Positions 1 to 12,200 of a stretch of 64,000 nucleotides of DNA are shown one piece after another (position 1 is the stretch's first letter; every line of letters begins with the position of its first letter). This DNA comes from Pavona decussata (taxonomy: Eukaryota). The stretch spans positions 1,240,001 to 1,304,000 of the forward strand of contig CDRNST010000082.1 in NCBI GenBank assembly GCA_977016875.1, read 5' to 3'. Made by a program: the position numbers and the translations under genes. The notes beneath the pieces are model-generated. The model saw nothing but the letters and a program-made list of their open reading frames with translations. It was not told the origin of the DNA and searched no databases.

Positions 1-234
1 TTGCTGAGTTTTGGTGAGATTTATCTCCAGAAGCGTTCAAGCAATACTTAGAAAGTCTGCGGCTTAAATGATGATTTTGAGTTTTCCTCTTGCTCTTCTC
101 TTTCATAAAACCACAATCTGGGCAAACACTTACGTAAATAAGCAACACGCTTGAACGAAACCCAAAATGTATCGCTTCTCCTTGCAAAACCACGGTGAAT
201 CACGCAGGGGAAAGCTGCATCACCTTGTACCAAG

Positions 235-3200
235 ATGTAACGCGCGTCCATGCACCAAAGAAACGTGAAAACAAAAATAAAAGTGAAAACCGGACCCAAT
301 AATCTTGACTCGTTTTCGTATCGGCCCAAATCATTAAATTTCCTCAAATTCGAAATAGAAGGTTAACGGAATCACACAAAATAACCCCTATCAACAGGAC
401 TTCATAAATATTAAAAACGAAGCAATTTCTTATGTCTTATTGTTCTCATTTTTTGCAGTCCCAAACAGATTTTAACCCATTTAAGTAAAGACCTTTGAAA
501 AAATTTTCGTTATGGCTTTAAAAAAACGTGTCTTTTTTTGTGCTTAGGACATTCCATGTTCACGAGACACAAAGAAGACGTCGCCTTAGCAAAGGGGCTA
601 TCACACGACGACGAAGGACATTCTCTTATCGCATTCTCACTACCTACGAGAAAGCGTTCGAGAAATTTGGATTTTTTCTAGCTCGCAGACCACAGACTGT
701 ATTGTTAGTGTCGCTTATCGCTGCTGTAGTGTGCTGCCTAGGGCTCATTCGCGTAAGTTTTGAGCTGCCATCATGTGAGCATTTCACCGTCTCTAACAGC
801 CAGTCCAGACGAGATCTCGACCATGCAGCCCAATTCTTCCCAATTTTTGAAGCACGTCAGGAGCAGATTGTTATGATCCCTGGAGATGGTCAAAACATTC
901 TAAGTGATGATTGTATAAGAGATGCGTTCTTTATACATCAGGTTGTTTTGAATATAAGTGACTACGAGGACTTATGTCTTAGACAACTGCTTCCTAAAAG
1001 TACAGCTGAAAAAAGCGCTGATGATAACTGCATCATTAGCAGTCCTCTGGAGTTAGGTGGTGCTCATTTTGAAAATTTAAGCGACTTACCTTCAATTCTT
1101 GCCCGAGAGTGGACCAATCCCATGAAGCTGCTTTCTACTGGTCAATCATTCAATTTTTCGTTCAAAATGATGCTCAGTAATTTTGAAGTAAATCACAGCA
1201 CGAATCCAATGACTGCCCGGGCTGATGCTCTTCGAGTTATTTACTTCATGAAAAAGTCAACTAATAAAGAGCAAACCCATAAAGTTCTAAACTTCGAAAA
1301 GTTATTTGAGAATCGTGTCTCTTCAGCAAAAGATCGGCTAAAATGTGCAACCCTCTACTTCAGGACAGAAAAAGCAAGAACTGATGTTTTACAAAACGCC
1401 CTGCGACCAGAGATACGCCCACTTTATTTATCATCTTTAATAACGGTTCTTCTGGTGGCAACTGTCATCTACTTTTCGTCAAGAAATCTGAATTGCCTTA
1501 CAGCAGTTTTATTGATATTCTTATCGATATTGGTACCTCTGGTGTGCGCAGCAGGTATTTTTTCAATGGCAAACATTTCCTTTTCATCAACTACCTTGTT
1601 CGTTCCCTTTCTGATAGTAGGGAAAGCAATTTCAGACATAGTTTTTGTCTTGAGAGAATGGAAACGGCAAGAGAACGTTCTATCACTAGAACACCGAACC
1701 AGCAGCTGTGTTGCGAGAGCGGGAACCCTGCAAGCAGTTTCAGCGTTTACTGGAGCAATTCTCCTTGGAATTGCAATCAAGTCTTCGTTTGAAGTGATTT
1801 CAACGTTCTTTATGGTAGCACTTATAGCTTATGTACTTGTTTCCGCGGCATCTTTTGTAATAACTGTCACTTTTATGTTGTTGCTAAAGAGACAGTTAAA
1901 GTCATTGAACACTTTTTGTGCGAGTTCTAATGATAGGTTACTATATACCAACTTTGGAATATTAAACGAAGAAACCACGGAGATACTAAGTAATAAGCTA
2001 CGGCGCTTTTTGGATGACCTCTCTTGGGCGCTTTCCTCAACTGGTGCAAAAGCAATTTCAACAGTGATCTTTTTCTCCATTGCCACATTGTGTGTGATTT
2101 TGGCTGTACAACCTGGCGAAAGAACCAGTGTTACTACAAGCCTTCATCGACAAAATGACAATTTTAACCAGTTTCACCAAAGATATCAAATGTTCTTCGG
2201 AACTGAAACTAGTGTGAGCATTGTTTTCGCGCACAATGTTGATTACTCCGAAAAAAATGTTCAAAATCAAATAATAGACATTTGCAGGACGGTAGGTGAA
2301 TCTTCTTACAGTCAGGAAGAATCTGTTTGTTGGATTAGGTTCTTATTACAATGGGCAAAAGAAAGGAACTTGAGCTGCTCAAATTCCGAATTTTACACCT
2401 GTCTGAACATGTTTCTTAATCAATCAAGCAACATCGATTTCCGGCAAGACTTACGTTTCAATGAAAATAATCCCCACTTTAGAATCCTTGCATCTCGTAT
2501 TCATGTCCAAATGGTACAAAACAGCAACTTTGGAAAAAACAGAGCGTCACTTGAGAAACTGAGGCACGATTTGTTAAGGCAATCTCTTCTCCAGGCTGCA
2601 CCAGTATCGCACGTATTTTTTGAGCTTGACGACCTCTTTACGTTGAAAAGAGAAGTTGTCTTCGCTCTCATAATTTCTGCTGTTGTCGTCTTTGTACTGT
2701 CTCTGTTATCAACGTCATTTATCAGGATCAGTACTTACATAACAGTAACATTTATCTTCCTGTTATTAGAGACAGCAGGAATTATGAAGGTGACCGAAGT
2801 TCACCTGAATCATATCACCTTCATTTCCATGTTTTTGGCAATTGTCTTGGCCCTCAATCTCAATCTTCAAGTGGCTCATTGTTTCGTATTTTCCGAAAAG
2901 CAGAAAGTAAGACAACGTATGACATCAGCCTTACGCACAATTGGATGGCCTGTTTTAATTGCATCCCTGCTGGAGATATGTGGATCTATTTTACTGGGGT
3001 TGATCTATCCAACTCTGCGAGACATTTTCTTTCTACTCATTCCTTTAGTACTTGCGCTTGGTGTGATCCATGCGCTAGTGATATCGCCGCCAATAATCAC
3101 AATATTTTTTGAATTCTTAAATAGTTTTCATTCACCGATTGAAGAGGGCATTCCAATGGATCTATACGAGAGGGGAAAATCACTTAAATTGTTAGAAGTG

Positions 3201-6200
3201 GACACATCACCACTCAAGTCTAAACGGCTTGGTATATCAATCGTTGGCATCGGATGCAGGTTTCCTCAAGCTAACAATAAGGACTTGTTTTGGGAACTTC
3301 TCGAGCAAGGAAAGAGCTCGAATGGTCCTTTCCCTCAAAATAGGAAAGAACAACATGAGACGTTTTTTCAACTTTATCATCCAAGGCGCTTTGTAAGTGG
3401 GCGTCTGTGTGCTGTCAATGGTTCCTACTTGGAGAAAATCCAAAATTTTGACAACCGCTTCTTTGGTATATCCAATCAGGAGGCACGAGGAATGGACCCT
3501 CAACAAAGGATTCTCCTAGAAGTGGTGTACGAAGCGATTGAAGATGCTGGAATGAGACTTGAGGACCTTCAGAAGTGCAAAACAGGTGTCTTTGTAGGTG
3601 TGATGAATCTAGAGTTCGGAGCGCTAGTAACAGATACATCAAATTATAATAACATCGACCAGTTTTCATCAACTGGAATGACCGCATCTATTCTCGCCAA
3701 TAGAGTGTCATTCTGTCTAAACTTTACCGGTCCAAGTATCGCAGTTGATACAGCATGCTCTTCGTCCTTGACTGCACTTAAACTTGCATGCGACAATCTT
3801 CACAACGGGGATTGCGATATAGCCATTGTCTCCGCGCCAAATATCGTTCTGAACCATGGCATGCAGATGGTATCCAGCATGGCTGGCCTTCTGGCGCCTG
3901 ACGGCCGCTGCAAAAGCTTCGATGCTTCCGGGGACGGCTATGGAAGGGGAGAAGGCTTTGCAGCAGTTATTCTAAAGCTTTCACACGCTGCTGTAAATGA
4001 CAAAGATGACGCATATTGCGAGATAATTGCGTGTGGAATGAATAACGATGGTCAAGATGCCATACCAATGACGGCTCCCAGTTCAAGGTTGCAAGCTGGA
4101 CTATCAAGGATGGTTCTTGAACAGTCGGGTGTGAATGCGGAAGACGTGAGTTACTTTGAGGCACATGGTACTGGAACCGCCATTGGAGACGTGATAGAGG
4201 TTACTTCAATCGCAGATACGTATACGAGAGGGACTACAAACCCAACACGAAAGCTACGAATTGGATCTGTGAAGTCAAACCTCAACCACACGGAGTCTAC
4301 CTCGGGACTGGCTGGGCTTATAAAGGTCGCTCTGATGATTAACAAGAAAAGACTGGTTCCAACTGTTAATGTGCAAATAGTGAATCCGAAACTGAGGTTA
4401 GAAGACAAAGGTCTCATTGTGCAACAGACCAGCGAGCCTTGGAACACAGAAAACGGGAAACATCGTATAGCTGCGGTGAACTCATTTGGCTACGGTGGTT
4501 CAAATGTGCACGTCATCCTTCGAGAAGTAATAAGAAAGAAAAACTTAGAGGAGGAGAAAGTTAATCGTGTTAATAGTATCCTCACCATCTCCGCACGTTC
4601 GCCAGAAGCCCTGAAGAGGATGGCAAGACTGTACTCCAACTGGCTTAACGATAGGGTCCAAGATCCGAATTCATCGTTTTTAGAAAATCTATGCTACTCA
4701 CTGAACGAGCGTCGCAGTCGATTCCCACACCGCTTGGCACTTTCTTTCGAATCAATTTCTGAGGCATCTAAGGCTCTCTTAGACTACGCAGATGGATCCG
4801 TAGGGTGGGAGAAGGTAGCTTGTTATGATGAAGTGAAATCTTGTAATACAAAACTTGTGTTTATGTTTGGGGGACAGGGTTCTCAATGGTACGCCATGGG
4901 GAGACAGCTAGTTACGTCAGAGCCTGTTTTCAAAGAAGCCATTTTGGCAGTCAGCAATTTAGTTCAAGGTTTAGGGAAACCTTGGTCAATTGTAGATGAG
5001 CTCATGGCATCGCAAGATGAAACGAGAATCACAGAAAATTCCATCTCGCAACCGGCCACGTTTGCCATACAATATGCGACTGCACAGTTGTTGATGTCTT
5101 GGAGAATCTACCCATCTGCTGTTCTTGGACACAGTTTGGGTGAGTTTGCAGCTGCATGTACTGCTGGAATTATCACCCTCAAGGAAGCTATCCAGCTGGT
5201 ATTGACTCGCTCCGCGCTTCAGGATCAATGTCCCAATAACGGGGGTATGGCAGCTCTGGGTATGTCAGAAGAAAAAGCTCGAAATTTGCTGACCGAGCTG
5301 AAGTTAAGCCCAACACTTTCCATTGCCGCAGTAAATGACGCAAACAGTGTCACAGTATCTGGTGACTCTGGATCAATTGAAGCCCTTGGGCAACATTTAG
5401 CCATTCACTCAAAACACACTTTCTGGCGTGTTCTTGGCACGAAACGCGCATTTCACAGTGCACACATGGAGCTTATTAAGAGGCCTTTTCAAGCAGAAGT
5501 AAGGCGAATCAAGTTGAAACCTCAGCTATCAAGGATTCCAATGTACTCTACCGTCGAAGGTGAAATTATCTCAGGTGAACAATTTAACCGCAATTATTGG
5601 TGGCGCAACATTCGCTGTCCAGTCCAATTCCAACCAGCAATAAAGAACGTGCTGAAAGACGGCCACAAGCACATCATTGAGATCAGCACCCAGCCTATTT
5701 TAGCACACTATGTCAAAGAAATCGCAATTCAAGAAAACCTTCGTGACCAAGCAATGCCAATTGTCCTGGCAACTCTTCCGCGTAAAAAAGTACCTGTAGA
5801 TCAGCAGCACAAGTTCTTTCTCCTGAATACTGTATGTAGACTGTACACAACGGGATTTCCCGTAGATTGGTCATTTGTTCAGAGAAATCCGTCAGCCAAG
5901 TTTATCCGCTTGCTAAGCTATCCATGGCTGGAAAATAGCTTTTGGTACAGAGAGAATTCGCCCAAAAGCACAATTTCACCTGTTGGTACCGAGATAAGCT
6001 CAGAGAACAAGACACACCCATTTTTAGGAAAGGTTAAAATGACCGACCTGTATTCAGGCCTTCACTGCTGGGAAACTGAAATTGACCTCCATCGCTTTCC
6101 AAATCTGAGGGATCATGCTCTTACACAAGGAGGACCCGTGATGCCAGGAGCGGCTTATGTGGAAATGGCATTTGCGATGGTGAAGGACCAGTTCGTGGAC

Positions 6201-9200
6201 GTAGCTGGGTTGGAACTAAGTAATGTGAAGATCTCGAGCCTTCTGACACTGCCTGAAACACAGGTAAGTAAGTTAAACAAAACACAAAAGAACAATTTTT
6301 ACTAGTCAGTCTATGTAAAACCTTTACATATGTTCAAAGAGTAACCTTCTCAGAACCTTCCAATATTCTTACATCCTATTCTAAATCCAATTTCGTGGAA
6401 ACTCCTGCCTTTAGATTTTCTCTGTTTAATTTATCCATCTGCTTCTATTTTGTACCATAGGTTCGATCTTTAAGACTGCGTCTTCAAAAGACTGAGAGTA
6501 TTGCTGAGGCGAAATTCAACATTACAAGCGTTCCAGACGGACATTCCGAGATTAATCTGAGCAGCGGGAGAATCTCTGTGGATCTTTTGTCTAAACATGA
6601 GAACTTTGAGAGTGAAGGTACTATTACTATTTTCATTTCAGAGAGATTCATAGAAAGTATTGAGTCGCAGACTGTTCAACCTTCTCCAATCTATAAGCCG
6701 CGGGTGGCTGTGCACACGTTATGTCATATGCGTACGTACACACAGCAAAATGTCATAAACATCTCAAATGGGACAAAAATGTGTGAAGGACGTCAGATGT
6801 GTCGGAAAGCAGTGTTTAAATATAGTGGCATTGTACTCATTTTTAAAGACAGAGGTTGAGATATTGGGGTAATTTGAGCCACGAAAAAGTAAAATTAGTT
6901 CGAGTAAGAGGGGTGTTCGGGTTAAACGAGTTCGAGTTTAGCTGATAGTAAATGACTGATACAGTGCGATCAAATCCAGATTAGTCATTTTCGTTAACGG
7001 AAACAGACATTTAAAGTCTAAATTGAGTACTACTATTATAACAAGCAAGACTAGCAATGGCCGAACATGATAAGCATTCATTGCTATCGGCCATTGCTCC
7101 TTAGCAACATATTATTGCCAGCTCTTCGTGGTATTGACCTCGTAATCATGGCCAAATCTGTTTGACCTCGACATAAAATGTTGTATTCAGTTTTGTATCT
7201 ACAAACCTTCAATAATCTGGCCAGGCAGCGCGGCGGAACGAGGGGCTCACTGTGTTAATGAAGTGGGCAGAAGAAAGCTTTGTAGTCAGAGGGTTGCGTA
7301 ATAATATGATGATCATTTGGTGGGAAAGGTCCCATCGGTGGTTGTATTATGTTTTTAAAGAGTTTTTGTTTACAATTAGTCTTCGGTATAAAGCTTTTGT
7401 GTTTTGAACTAAACGTTCTTTCTCCACTTTCAAACCGTTTCTTTTCCCAATGTGTCGCCATATCTAAGATACCGTTTAGATACCGTTTAGTGCTTTGAAG
7501 TTGCCGATTTTATCGGTTACACGATAAGCTCGAACCCAATAACTTCCATCACCACATCTTCCAAAAGGAAGTCGAGACAAAGCCAGTGCAGTATCATGCA
7601 TATCTATTTCCAAACAGTTCTGAAATCGGTAAAATTAAGGTCATAAATTACATACACATATCTCACTAATAGTATGTTGGTATTTGTAGTGTCCAGTGAT
7701 GTTGGAAGAGCAGTACAAGAGCTGATAGCAGACATGAGGAAAATGCCGATGGGTCGGTTCAGAGAAGTGACTGAGAAGTACGGCTTCAAGTATGGACCTA
7801 CCTTTTCCATCATCGAGGATATCTGGGAGCGCGACAACGAGGGTCTTTGCCGGGTTGAATTAAATATGGCAGCAAAAATTGGACATTATGTTGTTCATCC
7901 TTCCATACTGGATGCTTGTCTTCAATCCTGTTTCATCCCCCTGGGAAGCTTGCTGACTGATGATAAATCAATTGTGCCCGTTGGTTTCAAAAGCATTACC
8001 TTGAATGATGTTCCATCAACCAATCAGCTATACTGCCACGTCGTTGCAGATGTAACGGAGTTTGGAAAATTTGACGTCACACTCATGAGTCCATCTGGGA
8101 AAGTTCTGCTGACGATGAGTGAATTTCGTGTTGAGGAGTTAACAAATTCACCACGACAACTTTCCTTTGCTGAACTTGCGTATGAGGTCCAGTGGAAGGA
8201 AGAGGACATACCAGGGCAAAGTAAAAGCACTCCAAATTTTGCTTGCCTAGTGCTTATGGACTCGTCCAATTTCTCGGAAGGTTTAGTCACAAGACTTCGA
8301 ACTGTTGAGGTCAATGTCATCCCCGTTAAACCACCAAATGGTAGCTGTTTCAACGGCGACGCTGAAGAAGCAATAAAAACAGCCTTTGGAAAAATACCAT
8401 CGCAAAGTCTAACCAAACTGAGGATTATCAACCTGTGGCCTCTAGAAGCCTCATCTCTTCCTGATAAATTCGAAATCGTCGAACAAACACAACGTCTCGC
8501 CTTCAGCAGTTCCGTCTTTTTAATAAAGCAGCTAAGAGACAAAGACTTGATTGACTCTCGACTATTCCTCGTCACGGAACGTACACAGCTGATGTATGAC
8601 TATGACCAGTCTCTTCAAATGACGTCCATTCCATGGGGCTCTACCGTATGGGGACTGAGACGAACTGCTAACCTTGAAGAATTTAACGTCAGAGTTACAG
8701 CTGTTGATCTGTGTAACAAAGAGGATGGACAGGAAGTGCATGCCTTGGTCAACGAGATCCTGTGTGACAGCATTGAAGACGAGGTTGCCTTAAGAGGAGG
8801 AAAGCGATTCATTAATCGCCTTTTGAGGTCAAAAATGCAGAACGAGAAAACCACAGTAACAACCATGAAAGGACGCCACAATGACAACAAAAGTGGATCT
8901 CTTTACCTGTCTGCGTTTCGTTCGTCAAGAACACTGTGTCTGCGTGAACAGAGTTTTTCAAAGCCATCGTCCTCTGAATGCGCCATAGATGTACACTACT
9001 GCTGGACACCTTCAGAATCACTGTTTGAATTATCCAAACGAAATGGATATGTTTTTGTAAGTGGACAAGTGATTCATGTACCAGAAAAGAGCCATCATAC
9101 TTTTCAGGTTGGAGACGAAGTGTGTGGTGTCATTCCTTCGGGACGCGTTTCATGTTCCATTTGCATAAACGTCAGCAACCTCTTTGTAAAACCAGTCAGC

Positions 9201-12200
9201 CTGACAACTGAGCAAGCCACATGTATCCCTGCTTGCCTGGCCATAGCGTCTTACGCTCTTCACAGAGCAACATCAGGCTTTGATCAGCAGAAATTACTTA
9301 TACATCAAGCTAACCGTGGCCCTGGGCCTGCGGCAGTCGTACTTGGGAAAACAATGGGTCACCAGGTGACTTGCACTATTTCCGACACCTGCAAAAGGTC
9401 CACAAAAAGTCTCCTCCTCAATATGGGTGCGGACACTGTAATGCGGCAATCTTTCCTACGTACCAGCGATTCCACTGGCCAGTTTGACGCCGTTATTTTT
9501 TTCTCTCCGCCTCCTCCAAACGCACTCAGAAAGAGCGGCCGTAGCCTCAAAAAAGGAGGAAGAGTCGTTATTCTGAGTGCTCAGTTTGAGGGTGACGTTG
9601 TGTTTTCTGCAAACGAAAATGTTGAGTATGTGAGAAACGACATCTCAGACATTCTTCTGTCTCCGTCAGTATTCGAGAAGCTCACTTTCCAAAGTCTGGA
9701 AACATTGGAAAGTAAAGGGGTCCTACAAAAGCTACTTGGAACACACATAGAATCTGCAGACTTGATAGCATCAATCAAGGTTGAAAACGAGTTACTTGAG
9801 AAAAAGGCATCCAAGAGACCTGAAGTAAAAGACTCCTCAGACATTTCATTTTCAGTTCATTCGCTTAGAACATTTGAGGGAGAAAGTGATCTTCAGGACA
9901 TCCCAGTGCTTCCACGAGGCTTAGATCAATGTGGCCTTAAAGAGAACAGGACCTATTTGGTTGCTGGTGGATTGGGAGGATTTGGATTTGAGGTAGCTTG
10001 TTGGATGGCGGAGAATGGAGCAAAGACCATAGGAATTCTTAGCCGTTCCAAGCCGTCAGGCACTAAACGTCAAGAGCTCCAGCAGATTGAAAGAAAAACT
10101 GGGGCTAAAATTCATACCTTTCAGGTTGGTAAAGTTTATCTTCGGACCTATGTTACTTAATTACGCTGCCCCCTACAACAATATTTTGTAGCTAGCAAAG
10201 TTGCAAACTTGCTTGGGGAGGATGCCAAGGTTAACACCGGGTTATACCCAAAACCTCACGAATTATCCACTTATAAAACTGGGAGTGGGCGAGAGAAGAT
10301 TCATTCGATTTAACAAATTAAAATGGATGAAAATAAATAGAATGACACCTGGAATGTAGTTTGTTAAACAAATAAAGAACAAAAGACTCCTAGATAAAGG
10401 CCTCTCCTAGAAAAGGTTTCCTTTAAGAGGTTGTCTTTGATTAGACGAGAGGTTGTTTAGCCAGATGCCACACTGGTGTAAAAATGTAACGGTTGTCATT
10501 TCCGTCTAACTAAACCATGTCACACGTTATTTTTTCAGGCTGATATATCGAAACAAGAGCAAATGTCATCTTTCAAGGAGCAGCTTCACACTCTTCCAAG
10601 TGTCGCGGGCATCGTGCACACTGCCATGGTTCTAAGAGACCAGTTCATCAAAGACCTGACATTTGAGAGCTTTACTGAGGTGATGGCCCCAAAGATCAAA
10701 GGCAAGATTGCAGATTATTGTGATTATCCATGTTTATCTACACCAACCGTCAACGTGCTGGCATGATCGTTTTCCCCAGAGTTATTCTTTAGTTCAAATA
10801 TTGGATGGCAAAGTAGTTCTAAAAAAGGCTATAGTCTTTTTTTCAGTGATTGGTTGCAAATATTTTAGAGAAGTTTTCTATTCTGCTAATGATGGTTTCA
10901 ATTTAAGAAAGAATTACTCTCATGACAGATCGTTTTCCTGTAGGTTCTTATTTGCTACACCAACTGAGTTTGGAGATGGATCTGGATTTTTTTGTCATGT
11001 TTTCGTCTATGGCGTCGATCGTGGGGAACATGGGACAATCGTCATACTCTGCCTGCAACGCTTTCCAAGATTCTCTTGCCCAGTACCGCAGGCACGTGCT
11101 CGGTCTGCCGGGTCTTGCCATAAACTGGGGACCAATCAGTGGAGCTGGTGTGATGCAAAGAGAAACTGGCGTCGCTAAATTGCTATCCACGGCAGGACTG
11201 GGATTTATACGCGCCAAAGATGGTATGTTAAGTGTCTACTCTCAAACATTTAAAACTCCCTCCTGTATCTGTTCTTTTAAACATTATAAACGCTGTTTAG
11301 GTGTTCAAATGTACCAACAATCTTGCTACCAGTTCACTCGTAAATACGTTTTGAAAATGATCACAAGTCCATAGCTACAACACTTGGAACAATGACAATC
11401 TTCACCCACTCCAATGTCATACTATCCAGGAAAAAATTTAATTTTCATATAGGAGAACAAACATATGGACCTCTATGTCTCCTGAAATCGCTGCTCCACT
11501 TAAAAGTATTCCGATATTTCAACAAAATTTAAAGGGCAATCTGCTCAGCTGTTGGCTTGACAGTTAATGTCATCTATTTAATAACAGTATACTTTCGTAG
11601 ATTCATTACTCCTTTCAACTTTATATAAGCTTTATTTTCCAATGTTATTGTTAGCTATAGTTCTCTATCGTTTTATTTTATAATTGAAAGTTTAGTATCG
11701 AGACCCCTCTTAGGAACGAGAAATAAACCATATTGTATTGTATTGTACCAAAAAGTCTCATTCCTGGTTTCTGCTTTTGCAGGAGTCAAACATATGGCCA
11801 AAGTACTAACTGAGGAGCCAGGCCGTTGCCAAATCTCTCTGTTTGATGCAAACTGGCCTCGATTCCTAAAGAGCAATACAGGGCTACAAAAAACCTCTTT
11901 CCTGTCGGTAATTTCAACTGAAATAAATTCTTCTGATAGCCAGATCAGCTCAACAGAGTCTCTAGCACAAAGAATCATTCTGGAAAAGGATCATGAGAAG
12001 AGGGCAGAGCTTGTTAAAGAGTACGTTGGCGTATCAGTGACAGAATGGACAGGAATTTCATCACCTTCTGAAACAGATCTCAACAAGAGCTTGTACAGCT
12101 ATGGAGTGGACTCCACCGCGGCTCTGACTTTGAAAATGCAGCTTGAAACGAATTTGCAAGTTTCTTTTGAGGTAAGTTTGTTAAGTTCATCAATAAGTCC

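Noticed and set aside
528-547. ORF-track starts (GTG at 528, 43076 on minus, 7674, 52590, 55222 etc.) as real start codons
   Set aside because: They lie in intronic polypyrimidine tracts or inside exons; splice acceptors explain the open frames.
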